Assembly (NCBI GenBank): GCA_964457525.1
Contig: CAYWGS010000033.1
Coordinates: 1 to 14,670 of the forward strand
Reading direction: 5' to 3'
Origin: an uncultured Erysipelotrichaceae bacterium
Lineage (GTDB): Bacteria; Bacillota_I; Bacilli_A; Erysipelotrichales; Erysipelotrichaceae
DNA length: 14,670 bases
Both the position numbers and the translations under genes were made by a program. Below the pieces are notes generated by a model that ran no database searches, was not told the origin of the DNA, and saw only the letters and a program-made list of their open reading frames with translations. Below are positions 6,839 through 14,668 of this stretch, piece by piece (position 1 is the first letter of the stretch; the number at the start of each line of letters is the position of its first letter).

Positions 6839-6869
6839 GAAATAGAAGTTAAATTAAAGGGAGAACACA

Positions 6870-8162
6870 ATGATAAAACGCTATTCAAGACCGATTATGA
6901 CGGAGTTATGGGAAGATCAAGCTAAATTTAATCAATGGTTAAAGGTAGAGTTAGCTGTATGTGAAGTGTACCATGAACAAGGATTGATCTCACAAAATGA
7001 GATTGAGGCATTAAGAAAGGCATCATTTGATATTGATCGAATTTATGCGATTGAAGAAGAAACCAAACACGATGTAGTTGCCTTTACACGTGCAGTTAGT
7101 GAAAAATTAGGGGATGAGAAGCGTTGGATTCATTATGGATTAACTTCAACGGATGTGGTCGATACTGCACAAGGACTCATTCTAAAAGATGTGAATACGA
7201 TTTTACGTGAAGATTTAGATAAACTCTTAAGTGTATTAAAGAAAAAAGCACTCCAATATAAAGATTTGCCGTGTATGGGAAGAACGCATGGAGTTCATGC
7301 GGAAATAACAAGTTTTGGTTTAAAGTTTGCATTATGGGTTGATGAACTCAATCGTCAGATAAAACGTTTTGAATACGCTTCATCAGAAATTGAAGTGGGT
7401 AAAATAAGTGGTGCAGTCGGAAATTGTCTATATACAGGTGTCGACTTACAAGATCGTGTATGTGATTTGTTGGGATTGAACAAGTCGATGATTTCCACCC
7501 AAGTCTTACAACGGGATCGACATGCCTATTACTTAAGTGTCCTTGCGTTGATTGGTTCTACCTGTGAGAAGATTAGCCTAGAATTCAGACACCTTCAAAG
7601 AACCGAGGTTCGAGAAGTGGAAGAAGGCTTCTCGAATAAACAAAAGGGTTCAAGTGCGATGCCACATAAACGTAATCCCATCTCATTTGAGAATATCTGT
7701 GGATTATCTCGTGTACTTAGAGGGTATATGAGTACCAGTTATGAAGATATTGCATTATGGCATGAACGCGATATCTCACACTCCTCAGTAGAACGGATTA
7801 TTCTGCCGGATGCGACCATTTTACTCGATTATATGTTAAATCGTCTAACTCGATTGATTGATAATCTAACCGTATTTGAAGATAATGTTCGTCGTAATAT
7901 TGATTTAACACATGGCGTTATTTTTGCACAAAGAGTGATGACCTATGTGATTGAACATAAACAATTGAGTCGTGAATCTGCGTATGATTTAATTCAACCG
8001 ATTGCGATGAAAGCTTGGAATGAACAAATTGATTTTAAAATGTTATTATTAAGTCACAAAGATGTTCAGAAGTATTTAAATCATGAAGAAATAGAATCGT
8101 GTTTTACCTTAGATTTTTACTTAAAAGAAGTAAATTCAATCTATAAACGTATTGGTTTATAA
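6870..8162 (+). CDS. purB: Adenylosuccinate lyase
   Basis: The 430-aa product starts MIKRYSRPIMTELW. It has GLTSTDVVDT and the fumarate-lyase signature GSSAMPHKRNP. The SD AGGGAGA lies 5 nt upstream. Confidence 0.95.
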   Translation: MIKRYSRPIMTELWEDQAKFNQWLKVELAVCEVYHEQGLISQNEIEALRKASFDIDRIYAIEEETKHDVVAFTRAVSEKLGDEKRWIHYGLTSTDVVDTAQGLILKDVNTILREDLDKLLSVLKKKALQYKDLPCMGRTHGVHAEITSFGLKFALWVDELNRQIKRFEYASSEIEVGKISGAVGNCLYTGVDLQDRVCDLLGLNKSMISTQVLQRDRHAYYLSVLALIGSTCEKISLEFRHLQRTEVREVEEGFSNKQKGSSAMPHKRNPISFENICGLSRVLRGYMSTSYEDIALWHERDISHSSVERIILPDATILLDYMLNRLTRLIDNLTVFEDNVRRNIDLTHGVIFAQRVMTYVIEHKQLSRESAYDLIQPIAMKAWNEQIDFKMLLLSHKDVQKYLNHEEIESCFTLDFYLKEVNSIYKRIGL

Positions 8163-8173
8163 GAGGAGGAACG

Positions 8174-9538
8174 ATGAGAGAAGTAATCATTCTTGCGGCG
8201 GGGGAAGGTTTAAAGTTTTGGCCATACCAGAGTACACGTAATAAGTGCATGTTTCCGATTGCGAATAAGCCACTCTTAGCGCATACCGTTGAAACATGTA
8301 TTGAAGCAGGAATTGAGCATATTGTCATCGTATCAAAAACACATACTGATCCCATTCGATCGTATTTTAAACAGTTTAAACAAGTTGAAATAGTTGAACT
8401 TACTCAGACCAAAGGAAGTGCTGAGTCTTTTGTGTTTGGGATGGAAAAGATTAAAGGGAATGATGTTTGTGTACTCTTTGGGGATTGTTTGATTCAGAAA
8501 GAAGATTTGATTCCATACTTACAGAATTCGAGTGTTTATACCGCTTTAATTAGTCCATTACGTGAACATCCCACCAATTGGATTGCGTGTCAATTAGAGA
8601 AAGATCACATTAAACTGTTTGGGGCTCATCAAAGAGGAAGTGATATGACCCATCAAATGGCTGGATTTACCTGTGATCGTAATTTCTTGTTTACAGCTGA
8701 ACATAATCCAAATCGTTTTACTCAATTGAAGGTTGGGGTGGGATCTCCTTTTGAATCATTTATTGAAGAATCTTTGAATGAAATCATTAAGGAAGGGAAA
8801 ATACTAAAATACAGTATTACATCTGAACCATTCTTTGATTGTGATAAGCCTTGGCATGCTTTAGAAGCAAATGCGTATATGGCACAGAAGATGTGTCAAA
8901 CTCTTACAAAGAATCAATTTGATGAAGGTTCACTAATTGAAGATACAGCACGTATTGAAGGCTTTGTGAAATTGGGTAAGAACAGTCGAATTGGCCATAA
9001 TGTTTGGGTTAGAGGCAATTTGATTGTGGGAGATAATACGATGATTGAGAATGGGGTTATATTAGAAGGTGATACGATTATTGGGGATGAATGTACCTTA
9101 TACAATCACTGTAAAGTTCATTCTCATTCTGTAATCGGGAATCGTAATAAATTTGATCAGGGATTTGAATTTCTATCCGGTGTTACACTCGATCATGTCT
9201 ATTGTGTTCATTATGGTGAATACTATGGATTGATTGGGGAGAATACAGATTTAGGAGCAGGTACAACTTCAGGAACCTTACGCTTTGATGATCAACTAAG
9301 TGCACATTACGTTCGTGGTCGTAAAGAATTTCCTACAAACTATGCGAATGCAAGTTACTTAGGGGATTATTGTCGTACAGGTGTATCCGCATTACTTATG
9401 CCTGGTGTAAAGGTTGGGGCGTTTAGTGTTGTTGGAAGTGGTGTTGTTTTACAGAGAGATGTGAAGGATCATACCTTAATCTATGTAAAACAAGAGTTAG
9501 TCGAAGAATCATGGGGGGTTGATAAGTATGGGTGGTAA
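8174..9538 (+). CDS. GlmU-like sugar-1-phosphate nucleotidyltransferase fused to a left-handed beta-helix (hexapeptide-repeat) domain; substrate unknown
   Basis: The N-terminus VIILAAGEGLKFWPYQSTRNKCMFPIANKPLL resembles the LAAGxG[TS]R..P.T..KP..P.AGKP motif. FDCDKPWHALEANAY resembles the linker of archaeal-type GlmU. Hexapeptide repeats are visible from about aa 254 (IGHNVW VRGNLI VGDNTM IENGVI LEGDTI IGDECT) and again near the C-terminus (LMPGVKVGAFSVVGSGVVL). The SD GAGGAGG lies 12 nt after the purB stop. Confidence 0.7.
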   Translation: MREVIILAAGEGLKFWPYQSTRNKCMFPIANKPLLAHTVETCIEAGIEHIVIVSKTHTDPIRSYFKQFKQVEIVELTQTKGSAESFVFGMEKIKGNDVCVLFGDCLIQKEDLIPYLQNSSVYTALISPLREHPTNWIACQLEKDHIKLFGAHQRGSDMTHQMAGFTCDRNFLFTAEHNPNRFTQLKVGVGSPFESFIEESLNEIIKEGKILKYSITSEPFFDCDKPWHALEANAYMAQKMCQTLTKNQFDEGSLIEDTARIEGFVKLGKNSRIGHNVWVRGNLIVGDNTMIENGVILEGDTIIGDECTLYNHCKVHSHSVIGNRNKFDQGFEFLSGVTLDHVYCVHYGEYYGLIGENTDLGAGTTSGTLRFDDQLSAHYVRGRKEFPTNYANASYLGDYCRTGVSALLMPGVKVGAFSVVGSGVVLQRDVKDHTLIYVKQELVEESWGVDKYGW

Positions 9539-9549
9539 ATGGAGGCAAC

Positions 9550-10653
9550 ATGCGTAAAGTAGAGATTGGTTTAAGTGTTTACCCAGATTTTTATGACTTT
9601 GAGACGATTAAGAAACAATTATTGGTCGCTTCATCTTTAGGCTATACTCGGGTATTTACGTCCATTCAGTTGGGTGCACTTGGGTTTGAGCGCACGGATG
9701 AATTATTGAGTGAAGGATTTATTAAACTATTTAAGCTTACCCGTGAGTTAGGTATGAAAGTCCATGCGGATTTAAACTTAGAAGTATTTACTCAAGTTGG
9801 GGCTGAAGTGGATAATGTTAAGCCGATTGTGGATTTAAATATTGATGTGATTCGTTTGGATGGTGGATTTGGGATTGATGAGATTGTTCGATTAACCAAT
9901 AACCCTTATGGGCTTGTGATCGAAGATAATACCAGTAATGATGCACATTTAATTGAAACCATTGAGAAGATTAATGAGCGTGGGAATATTAAGAACTATC
10001 GTGCATGTCATAACTTCTACCCACGGAATGAAACAGGTTTAGATTTTGATGATGCGGTTTATACAGCCGATTTATTGAATGATTTTGGGGTAGGGAATGG
10101 CGTGTTTATTACATCGCAGACGTCACCGGCTGATTTAAATACGAGTGGTGAAGGCATTCCTACGATTGAAGAGCATCGTTATTGTCCTCCTCACATTGCC
10201 TTTAGTGAATTAAGAAATACAGGTGTATTTGATATCGTTTTATTTGGTGATAGTATGCCAGATTTTGCATCCCTTAAAGCAGTGAGTGATGCGGCTAAAT
10301 GTGATTATGTAGAACTTGAAGCTTGGTTGGATAAGGATTTAGATCCTGAACAAAGAAAGGTTTTAACTGAGACTATTTTATGGTCCAGACCGGATCAACC
10401 ACGTTTATTACTTCGTGCAACACAAACTCGTAAGAAGGTTCATGTGCTTGCTAAGAACACAATTGCACGTCCTTATTTAAGCATTACCTTAGACAATGAT
10501 CGATCCAATCGATATGAAGCAGAAGTCCAAATTGCACTCGAAGATTTACAACCTAGTGCTGTTGCGAATGTCGTTGGGATGGTCAAGCCTACTTGTAAAC
10601 GATTACTAAATCAAGTAAAATATAAACAGTATCCATTCAAAATAAAGGAGTAA
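9550..10653 (+). CDS. mupG: DUF871 / MupG-family 6-phospho-N-acetylmuramidase
   Basis: MRKVEIGLSVYPDF...GYTRVFTSIQL is the typical DUF871 N-terminus. I prefer ATG 9550 (GGAGG at 9541-9545) over the GTG at 9532 in the ORF track. The gene lies beside murQ. Confidence 0.8.
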   Translation: MRKVEIGLSVYPDFYDFETIKKQLLVASSLGYTRVFTSIQLGALGFERTDELLSEGFIKLFKLTRELGMKVHADLNLEVFTQVGAEVDNVKPIVDLNIDVIRLDGGFGIDEIVRLTNNPYGLVIEDNTSNDAHLIETIEKINERGNIKNYRACHNFYPRNETGLDFDDAVYTADLLNDFGVGNGVFITSQTSPADLNTSGEGIPTIEEHRYCPPHIAFSELRNTGVFDIVLFGDSMPDFASLKAVSDAAKCDYVELEAWLDKDLDPEQRKVLTETILWSRPDQPRLLLRATQTRKKVHVLAKNTIARPYLSITLDNDRSNRYEAEVQIALEDLQPSAVANVVGMVKPTCKRLLNQVKYKQYPFKIKE

Positions 10654-10655
10654 AC

Positions 10656-10967
10656 ATGGAAGGTCTAGAACTCGTTAGTTTTCAAATTATTGCGGCTGCA
10701 GGATCCGCTCGTTCTTCATATGTAGAAGCACTACAAGCTGCAAAAAATGGTAATTTTGAAGAAGCTGAAGCTTTGATTAAACAAGGTGACACAGATTTTG
10801 TCGAGGCGCACCACGTACATGCGGAACTCATCCAAAAGTTTGCAGGTGGAGAAGATCCAGGAGCAAACATCCTATTAATTCATGCGGAAGACCAAGTTAT
10901 GAGTGCTGAAGTATTGAAGTTAATGGCTCTTGAATTTATTGAATTGTACAAAAAATTAGCAAAATAG
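10656..10967 (+). CDS. PTS lactose/cellobiose-class EIIA
   Basis: 103 aa. FQIIAAAGSARSSYVEALQAAKNGNFEEAEALIKQGD is the canonical EIIA(Lac/Chb) helix 1-2 pattern. LLIHAEDQVMSAEV resembles the HAQDHLM phospho-His region as I recall it. It starts 2 nt after the mupG stop. Confidence 0.85.
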   Translation: MEGLELVSFQIIAAAGSARSSYVEALQAAKNGNFEEAEALIKQGDTDFVEAHHVHAELIQKFAGGEDPGANILLIHAEDQVMSAEVLKLMALEFIELYKKLAK

Positions 10968-10969
10968 TT

Positions 10970-10996
10970 AAAAAGGCGGTATGCCTTTTTTCTTTT
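10970..10996 (+). terminator. Rho-independent terminator-like hairpin after EIIA(Lac)
   Basis: AAAAAGGC (10970-10977), loop GGTAT, GCCTTTTT (10983-10990), followed by TCTTTT. The stem has only 3 G:C pairs, so it may be leaky. Confidence 0.55.
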
Positions 10997-11012
10997 GATG
11001 TAAAATGAAGGT

Positions 11013-11912
11013 ATGACAGAACACATTGAACAACTCATAACTGAGAAGCCGAATCCGAATACGCTTAAGCTCGATGAATTAAGTCCTCTTGAAATCATTC
11101 AAATCATGAATGCGGAAGATCAGAAAGTAGCCCTAGCGGTCAATAATGAACTTCCGAAGATTGCCCAAGCAATTGAGATTATCGTTAAGCAACTCAATCT
11201 CAAAGGTAGAGTGATTTATTTTGGGGCAGGAACGAGTGGTCGTTTAGGTATTTTAGATGCGTCAGAGTGTCCACCTACCTTTTCCACAACCAATGAATTC
11301 ATGGCATTGATTGCGGGAGGAACTGGAGCTGTTAAATCAGCGGTTGAAGGGGCAGAGGATTCTGAAACACTTATTGTGGAAGAATTGAAAGCGCTGAAGT
11401 TCACATCGAAGGATGTAGCGGTTGGAATAGCGGCGAGTGGTCGTACTCCGTATGTTGTAAGTGGTTTGAAGTATGCGAAGAGTATAGGAGCTCATACGAT
11501 TTCAATTTCATGTAATCCTGATTCTTTATTATCATCCATCAGTGATGTAGGAATCGATGTGGAAGTTGGACCAGAAGTCTTAACTGGATCCACACGATTA
11601 AAAGCTGGAACCGCAACGAAAATGGTTTTGAATATGTTATCAACCGCATCCATGGTACAAATGGGTAAAGTTTATGGGAATTTAATGGTGGATCTTAATC
11701 CAAGTAATATCAAATTGATTGATCGTGCTAAACGGATTATCATGCAGGCAACGGGCGTAAATGAGAAAACGGCGCATACAGCACTCTATGATGCGAATCT
11801 AAAGGTTAAAGTAGCGATTGTGATGATTATGAAGAAATGTTCTGCTTCTGAGGCGAGTACTCGTCTTGAAAAGGCAAATGGTTTTGTATCTAAAGCGTTA
11901 AAAATTAAGTAA
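11013..11912 (+). CDS. murQ: N-acetylmuramic acid 6-phosphate etherase
   Basis: IEQLITEKPNPNT...LDELS..EI...MN.ED..VA.AV and VIYFGAGTSGRLGILDASECPPTF (SIS domain) are colinear with E. coli and B. subtilis MurQ. Confidence 0.92.
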   Translation: MTEHIEQLITEKPNPNTLKLDELSPLEIIQIMNAEDQKVALAVNNELPKIAQAIEIIVKQLNLKGRVIYFGAGTSGRLGILDASECPPTFSTTNEFMALIAGGTGAVKSAVEGAEDSETLIVEELKALKFTSKDVAVGIAASGRTPYVVSGLKYAKSIGAHTISISCNPDSLLSSISDVGIDVEVGPEVLTGSTRLKAGTATKMVLNMLSTASMVQMGKVYGNLMVDLNPSNIKLIDRAKRIIMQATGVNEKTAHTALYDANLKVKVAIVMIMKKCSASEASTRLEKANGFVSKALKIK

Positions 11913-11937
11913 TACCACATTCTTGTGGTATTTTTTA
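11911..11937 (+). terminator. Rho-independent terminator after murQ
   Basis: AATACCACA (11911-11919), loop TTCT, TGTGGTATT (11924-11932), then TTTT. The stem overlaps the TAA stop. Confidence 0.85.
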
Positions 11938-11949
11938 TACCGATTTTAC

Positions 11950-11978
11950 TTGTGGGCTTTTTATAGAAAGCATATGAT
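11950..11978 (+). promoter_or_regulatory. Candidate sigma-A promoter for the ABC transporter operon
   Basis: TTGTGG (11950-11955), a 17-nt spacer, then TATGAT (11973-11978). It lies between the murQ terminator and the SD AGGGGA at 11993-11998. The -35 match is weak. Confidence 0.3.
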
Positions 11979-12004
11979 GAGAATAGATAATATAGGGGAA
12001 CTAT

Positions 12005-12883
12005 ATGGCAATCATTGAAACAAAAAAACTAACGAAGTATTATGGTAAGTCAAGAGGGATTATTGATGTGGATTTATCGATTAATGAAGGGGAAATTTTT
12101 GGATTTATTGGTCCAAATGGGGCTGGGAAATCCACAACCATCCGGTTACTTCTCTCACTCATTAAACCAAGTTCTGGAAGTGCCACAATCTTTGGTTTGG
12201 ATTGTCAAAAGGATTATCAAGAAATACATAAAGAAATCGGGTATTTACCATCTGAAGTATTCTATTACGACAATATGAAGGTAAAGGATCTCTTAAATTA
12301 TTCCGCATCCTTTTATCAAAAGGATTGTAAGGCTAGAATTAAAGAGTTGGCTGCTCGATTAGACGTCGATTTAAATATGAAGATTGATAATCTTTCGTAT
12401 GGGAATAAGAAGAAAGTAGGAATCATACAAGGACTACTTCATTCACCTAAGCTCATTATTCTAGATGAACCTACAGGTGGTCTTGATCCTCTCATGCAAC
12501 AGACATTCTTCGATATTCTTAAAGAAGAAAATGAAAAAGGCGCGACGATTTTGTTCTCATCCCATATCTTAAGTGAAGTGCAAAAGTTATGTGATCGTGT
12601 TGCGATTATTAAAGAAGGTAAGATTGTTCGAATCGATACGATGAGTTCACTTAAAGAGAATTCTTATTTAAAGGTTTCAATTGATACAGAGGTACAATTG
12701 CCTGAATCATTTAAGGATGAGAATATGATGAATTATCGAGTTTTAGATGGAAATACGTCTTTCTTATATAATGGAAATATTAATGATTTAATGCAGAAGT
12801 TGGCTAAGTTATCGTTAATTCGTATTAATTTAACGGAGCCTGATTTAGAAGAAATATTTATGCATTACTATGTGAAGGAGTAA
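12005..12883 (+). CDS. ABC transporter ATP-binding protein (ABC-2/DrrA-like subfamily)
   Basis: Walker A GPNGAGKST, signature LSYGNKKKV, Walker B LIILDEPTGGLD and H-loop SSHIL are present. A ~70-aa C-terminal extension follows. Confidence 0.92.
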   Translation: MAIIETKKLTKYYGKSRGIIDVDLSINEGEIFGFIGPNGAGKSTTIRLLLSLIKPSSGSATIFGLDCQKDYQEIHKEIGYLPSEVFYYDNMKVKDLLNYSASFYQKDCKARIKELAARLDVDLNMKIDNLSYGNKKKVGIIQGLLHSPKLIILDEPTGGLDPLMQQTFFDILKEENEKGATILFSSHILSEVQKLCDRVAIIKEGKIVRIDTMSSLKENSYLKVSIDTEVQLPESFKDENMMNYRVLDGNTSFLYNGNINDLMQKLAKLSLIRINLTEPDLEEIFMHYYVKE

Positions 12884-12885
12884 GT

Positions 12886-13683
12886 ATGAACATATTCCTT
12901 TTTGAACTTAAAAGTCAATTAAAGAGTCAATGGATTTGGATTCTATCGGCATGTGGAGTAGCGTATTTCTTTATGCTTATCTATCCTGCGTTCTATGATA
13001 ATGCGAAGAATTTGATTGATATATTTAATCGATATCCTAAGGAAGTATTGGTTGCGTTTGGTTTTGATATGAATCAGTTATTTTCTGCACTTGGTTTCTA
13101 TAGTTTTGTTTTAGTATATGTAGAACTGATTACCGCAATGCAGGCAATGATTCTTGGATTAGGTACTTCTGGTCGTGAATTAAGACTTCGTACCAGTGAT
13201 TTCTTAATCACTAAACCGGTTAAAAGAGTAAATATCCTATTAGCCAAGGTTATCTCAATAACATTGATTCTCGTAGTAACCAATATCTTTATCTTTATTT
13301 CAGCTTATTTAGGCATTAAATCTGTTACACCCGATGTTTTCTCGATACAAACGCTAATCTATTTAAGTGTTAGTACATTTTTACTTCAATGGATCTTTGC
13401 CTCTATTGGAGTTGTATTAGGCGTTACGTTTAGACGATTACGTTCGATTGCGCCTGTATCGTTAGGGATTGTGTTTGGTTTCTTCGTGGTAAATATGTTA
13501 AAGGCAATCTTTGATGATGCGTGGATTAGATATGTTTCACCGTTTCAATTCTTTGATAAGTATGAAGTATTAACGACGAGTGCTTTAGATTTAACCTTTG
13601 TATTATGGTCTTTAGGTTTAGTGATTATCATGTTGGGATTTAGTTTTATTTATTTTGATCGTAAAGACATCCATGCGGTGTAG
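12886..13683 (+). CDS. ABC-2 type transporter permease, paralog 1
   Basis: The 265-aa product is polytopic and hydrophobic. It has the conserved loop RTSDFLITKPVKR and starts 2 nt after the ATPase stop. Confidence 0.8.
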   Translation: MNIFLFELKSQLKSQWIWILSACGVAYFFMLIYPAFYDNAKNLIDIFNRYPKEVLVAFGFDMNQLFSALGFYSFVLVYVELITAMQAMILGLGTSGRELRLRTSDFLITKPVKRVNILLAKVISITLILVVTNIFIFISAYLGIKSVTPDVFSIQTLIYLSVSTFLLQWIFASIGVVLGVTFRRLRSIAPVSLGIVFGFFVVNMLKAIFDDAWIRYVSPFQFFDKYEVLTTSALDLTFVLWSLGLVIIMLGFSFIYFDRKDIHAV

Positions 13684-13691
13684 GAGGGAAT

Positions 13692-14492
13692 ATGAACTTA
13701 TTTCTTCATGAATTAAAACAATATTGGAAGGTACTCTTCTTTTGGTCGATTGGTATATTAGCGATGGTTGGGGGTGGAATGGGTAAGTTTACCGCCATTT
13801 ATGATGCCTCTGATACCTCGCTTACGGATATGTTAGATCAATTACCTAAAGCTTTTCTTGCGATGTTTGGAATGAGTAATGTTGAGTTAACGACTTTAAG
13901 TGGTTTCTATGGTGTCATTAATTTCTATCTCATAATCATGGGGGCAATTTTTGCGATTATCATTGGTTCTGGAATTCTTGCGAAAGAAGAACGAGATAAA
14001 ACTGCAGAATTCCTGATGGTTAAACCGGTTACTCGTACATGGGTACTTGTACAGAAATTATGTGCAGGACTTATCTATTGTGTAGCGTTTGTTGCGATTG
14101 ATTATCTCATTTCCTTTATATTCATTAAGCAAGTTGCGCCAAATGAGGATATCAGTAAAGTATTATTCTTGATGATGACTAGTTTATTAATTGTGATGTT
14201 GGTATTCTATTGCGTTTCATTTGGTTTATCAGGCGCTCTAAAGAATAATACAAAATCAACGATGATTATGATGTCGATTATGGGTGTTAGTTACTTAGGA
14301 ACAGTCGTGATGGATATGGTTGAGAATGCGGAATGGTTAAGACCTTTACTCTTGTTTAAGTATTTTCCGAATGAAGAGATTATTCAAAAATTAACCTTAA
14401 ATCCACTGTATATTGGATTAAGTCTACTCTGGATTTTAATTGGATTAGCTCTAGCCTTTGTTCGGTTCCCACGAAGAGATTTACATCTATAA
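13692..14492 (+). CDS. ABC-2 type transporter permease, paralog 2
   Basis: The 266-aa product shares landmarks with paralog 1: MNxFLxELK, P-K-x-x-L-x-x-FG, GFY, FLxxKPVxR and a terminal F-x-R-[KR]-D-[IL]-H. The SD GGAGGG lies upstream. Confidence 0.8.
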   Translation: MNLFLHELKQYWKVLFFWSIGILAMVGGGMGKFTAIYDASDTSLTDMLDQLPKAFLAMFGMSNVELTTLSGFYGVINFYLIIMGAIFAIIIGSGILAKEERDKTAEFLMVKPVTRTWVLVQKLCAGLIYCVAFVAIDYLISFIFIKQVAPNEDISKVLFLMMTSLLIVMLVFYCVSFGLSGALKNNTKSTMIMMSIMGVSYLGTVVMDMVENAEWLRPLLLFKYFPNEEIIQKLTLNPLYIGLSLLWILIGLALAFVRFPRRDLHL

Positions 14493-14520
14493 ACCACCGA
14501 TTTGGTGGTTTATTTTCTTT
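14490..14520 (+). terminator. Rho-independent terminator after the ABC operon
   Basis: AAACCACC (14491-14498), loop GATTT, GGTGGTTT (14504-14511), then ATTTTCTTT. Confidence 0.85.
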
Positions 14521-14551
14521 GTAATAGCCTCTTTAGTTCTTCTTCACTGAG

Positions 14552-14668
14552 TCAATAGACTGTCCAATCTTGCATAGCGATTGTGCCTTGTTTCTGATAG
14601 AAGTGGATACTTAAATCATGAAGTAAATGTTCATAGTGTGCTAACTCTTTGATGAGCTGTAGGAGGAT
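14552..14668 (-). CDS. 3' end of a convergent minus-strand ORF running off the window; hypothetical, with a possibly GNAT-like C-terminus
   Basis: The reverse-complement frame reads ILLQLIKELAHYEHLLHDLSIHFYQKQGTIAMQDWTVY* with TGA at 14552-14554. The FYxKxG pattern is reminiscent of acetyltransferase C-termini. Only 38 codons are visible. Confidence 0.3.
   Translation of the reverse strand: MLLQLIKELAHYEHLLHDLSIHFYQKQGTIAMQDWTVY

Noticed and set aside
6835-6843. A full PurR PurBox upstream of purB
   Set aside because: Only the CCGAA core matches. The flanking positions of AWWWCCGAACWWT mismatch at three sites as I align it, and I saw no second inverted box. I kept it only as a remark under the palindrome finding.
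9532-9549. The longer mupG start at GTG 9532, overlapping the upstream gene
   Set aside because: GGAGG at 9541-9545 would fall inside the ORF. ATG 9550 is 4 nt downstream of it and yields the typical DUF871 N-terminus.
12042-12278. A 78-aa same-strand ORF in an alternative frame
   Set aside because: It is entirely nested in the Walker A region of the ABC ATPase gene, whose frame is validated by GPNGAGKST and the downstream motifs. It has no independent start signals.
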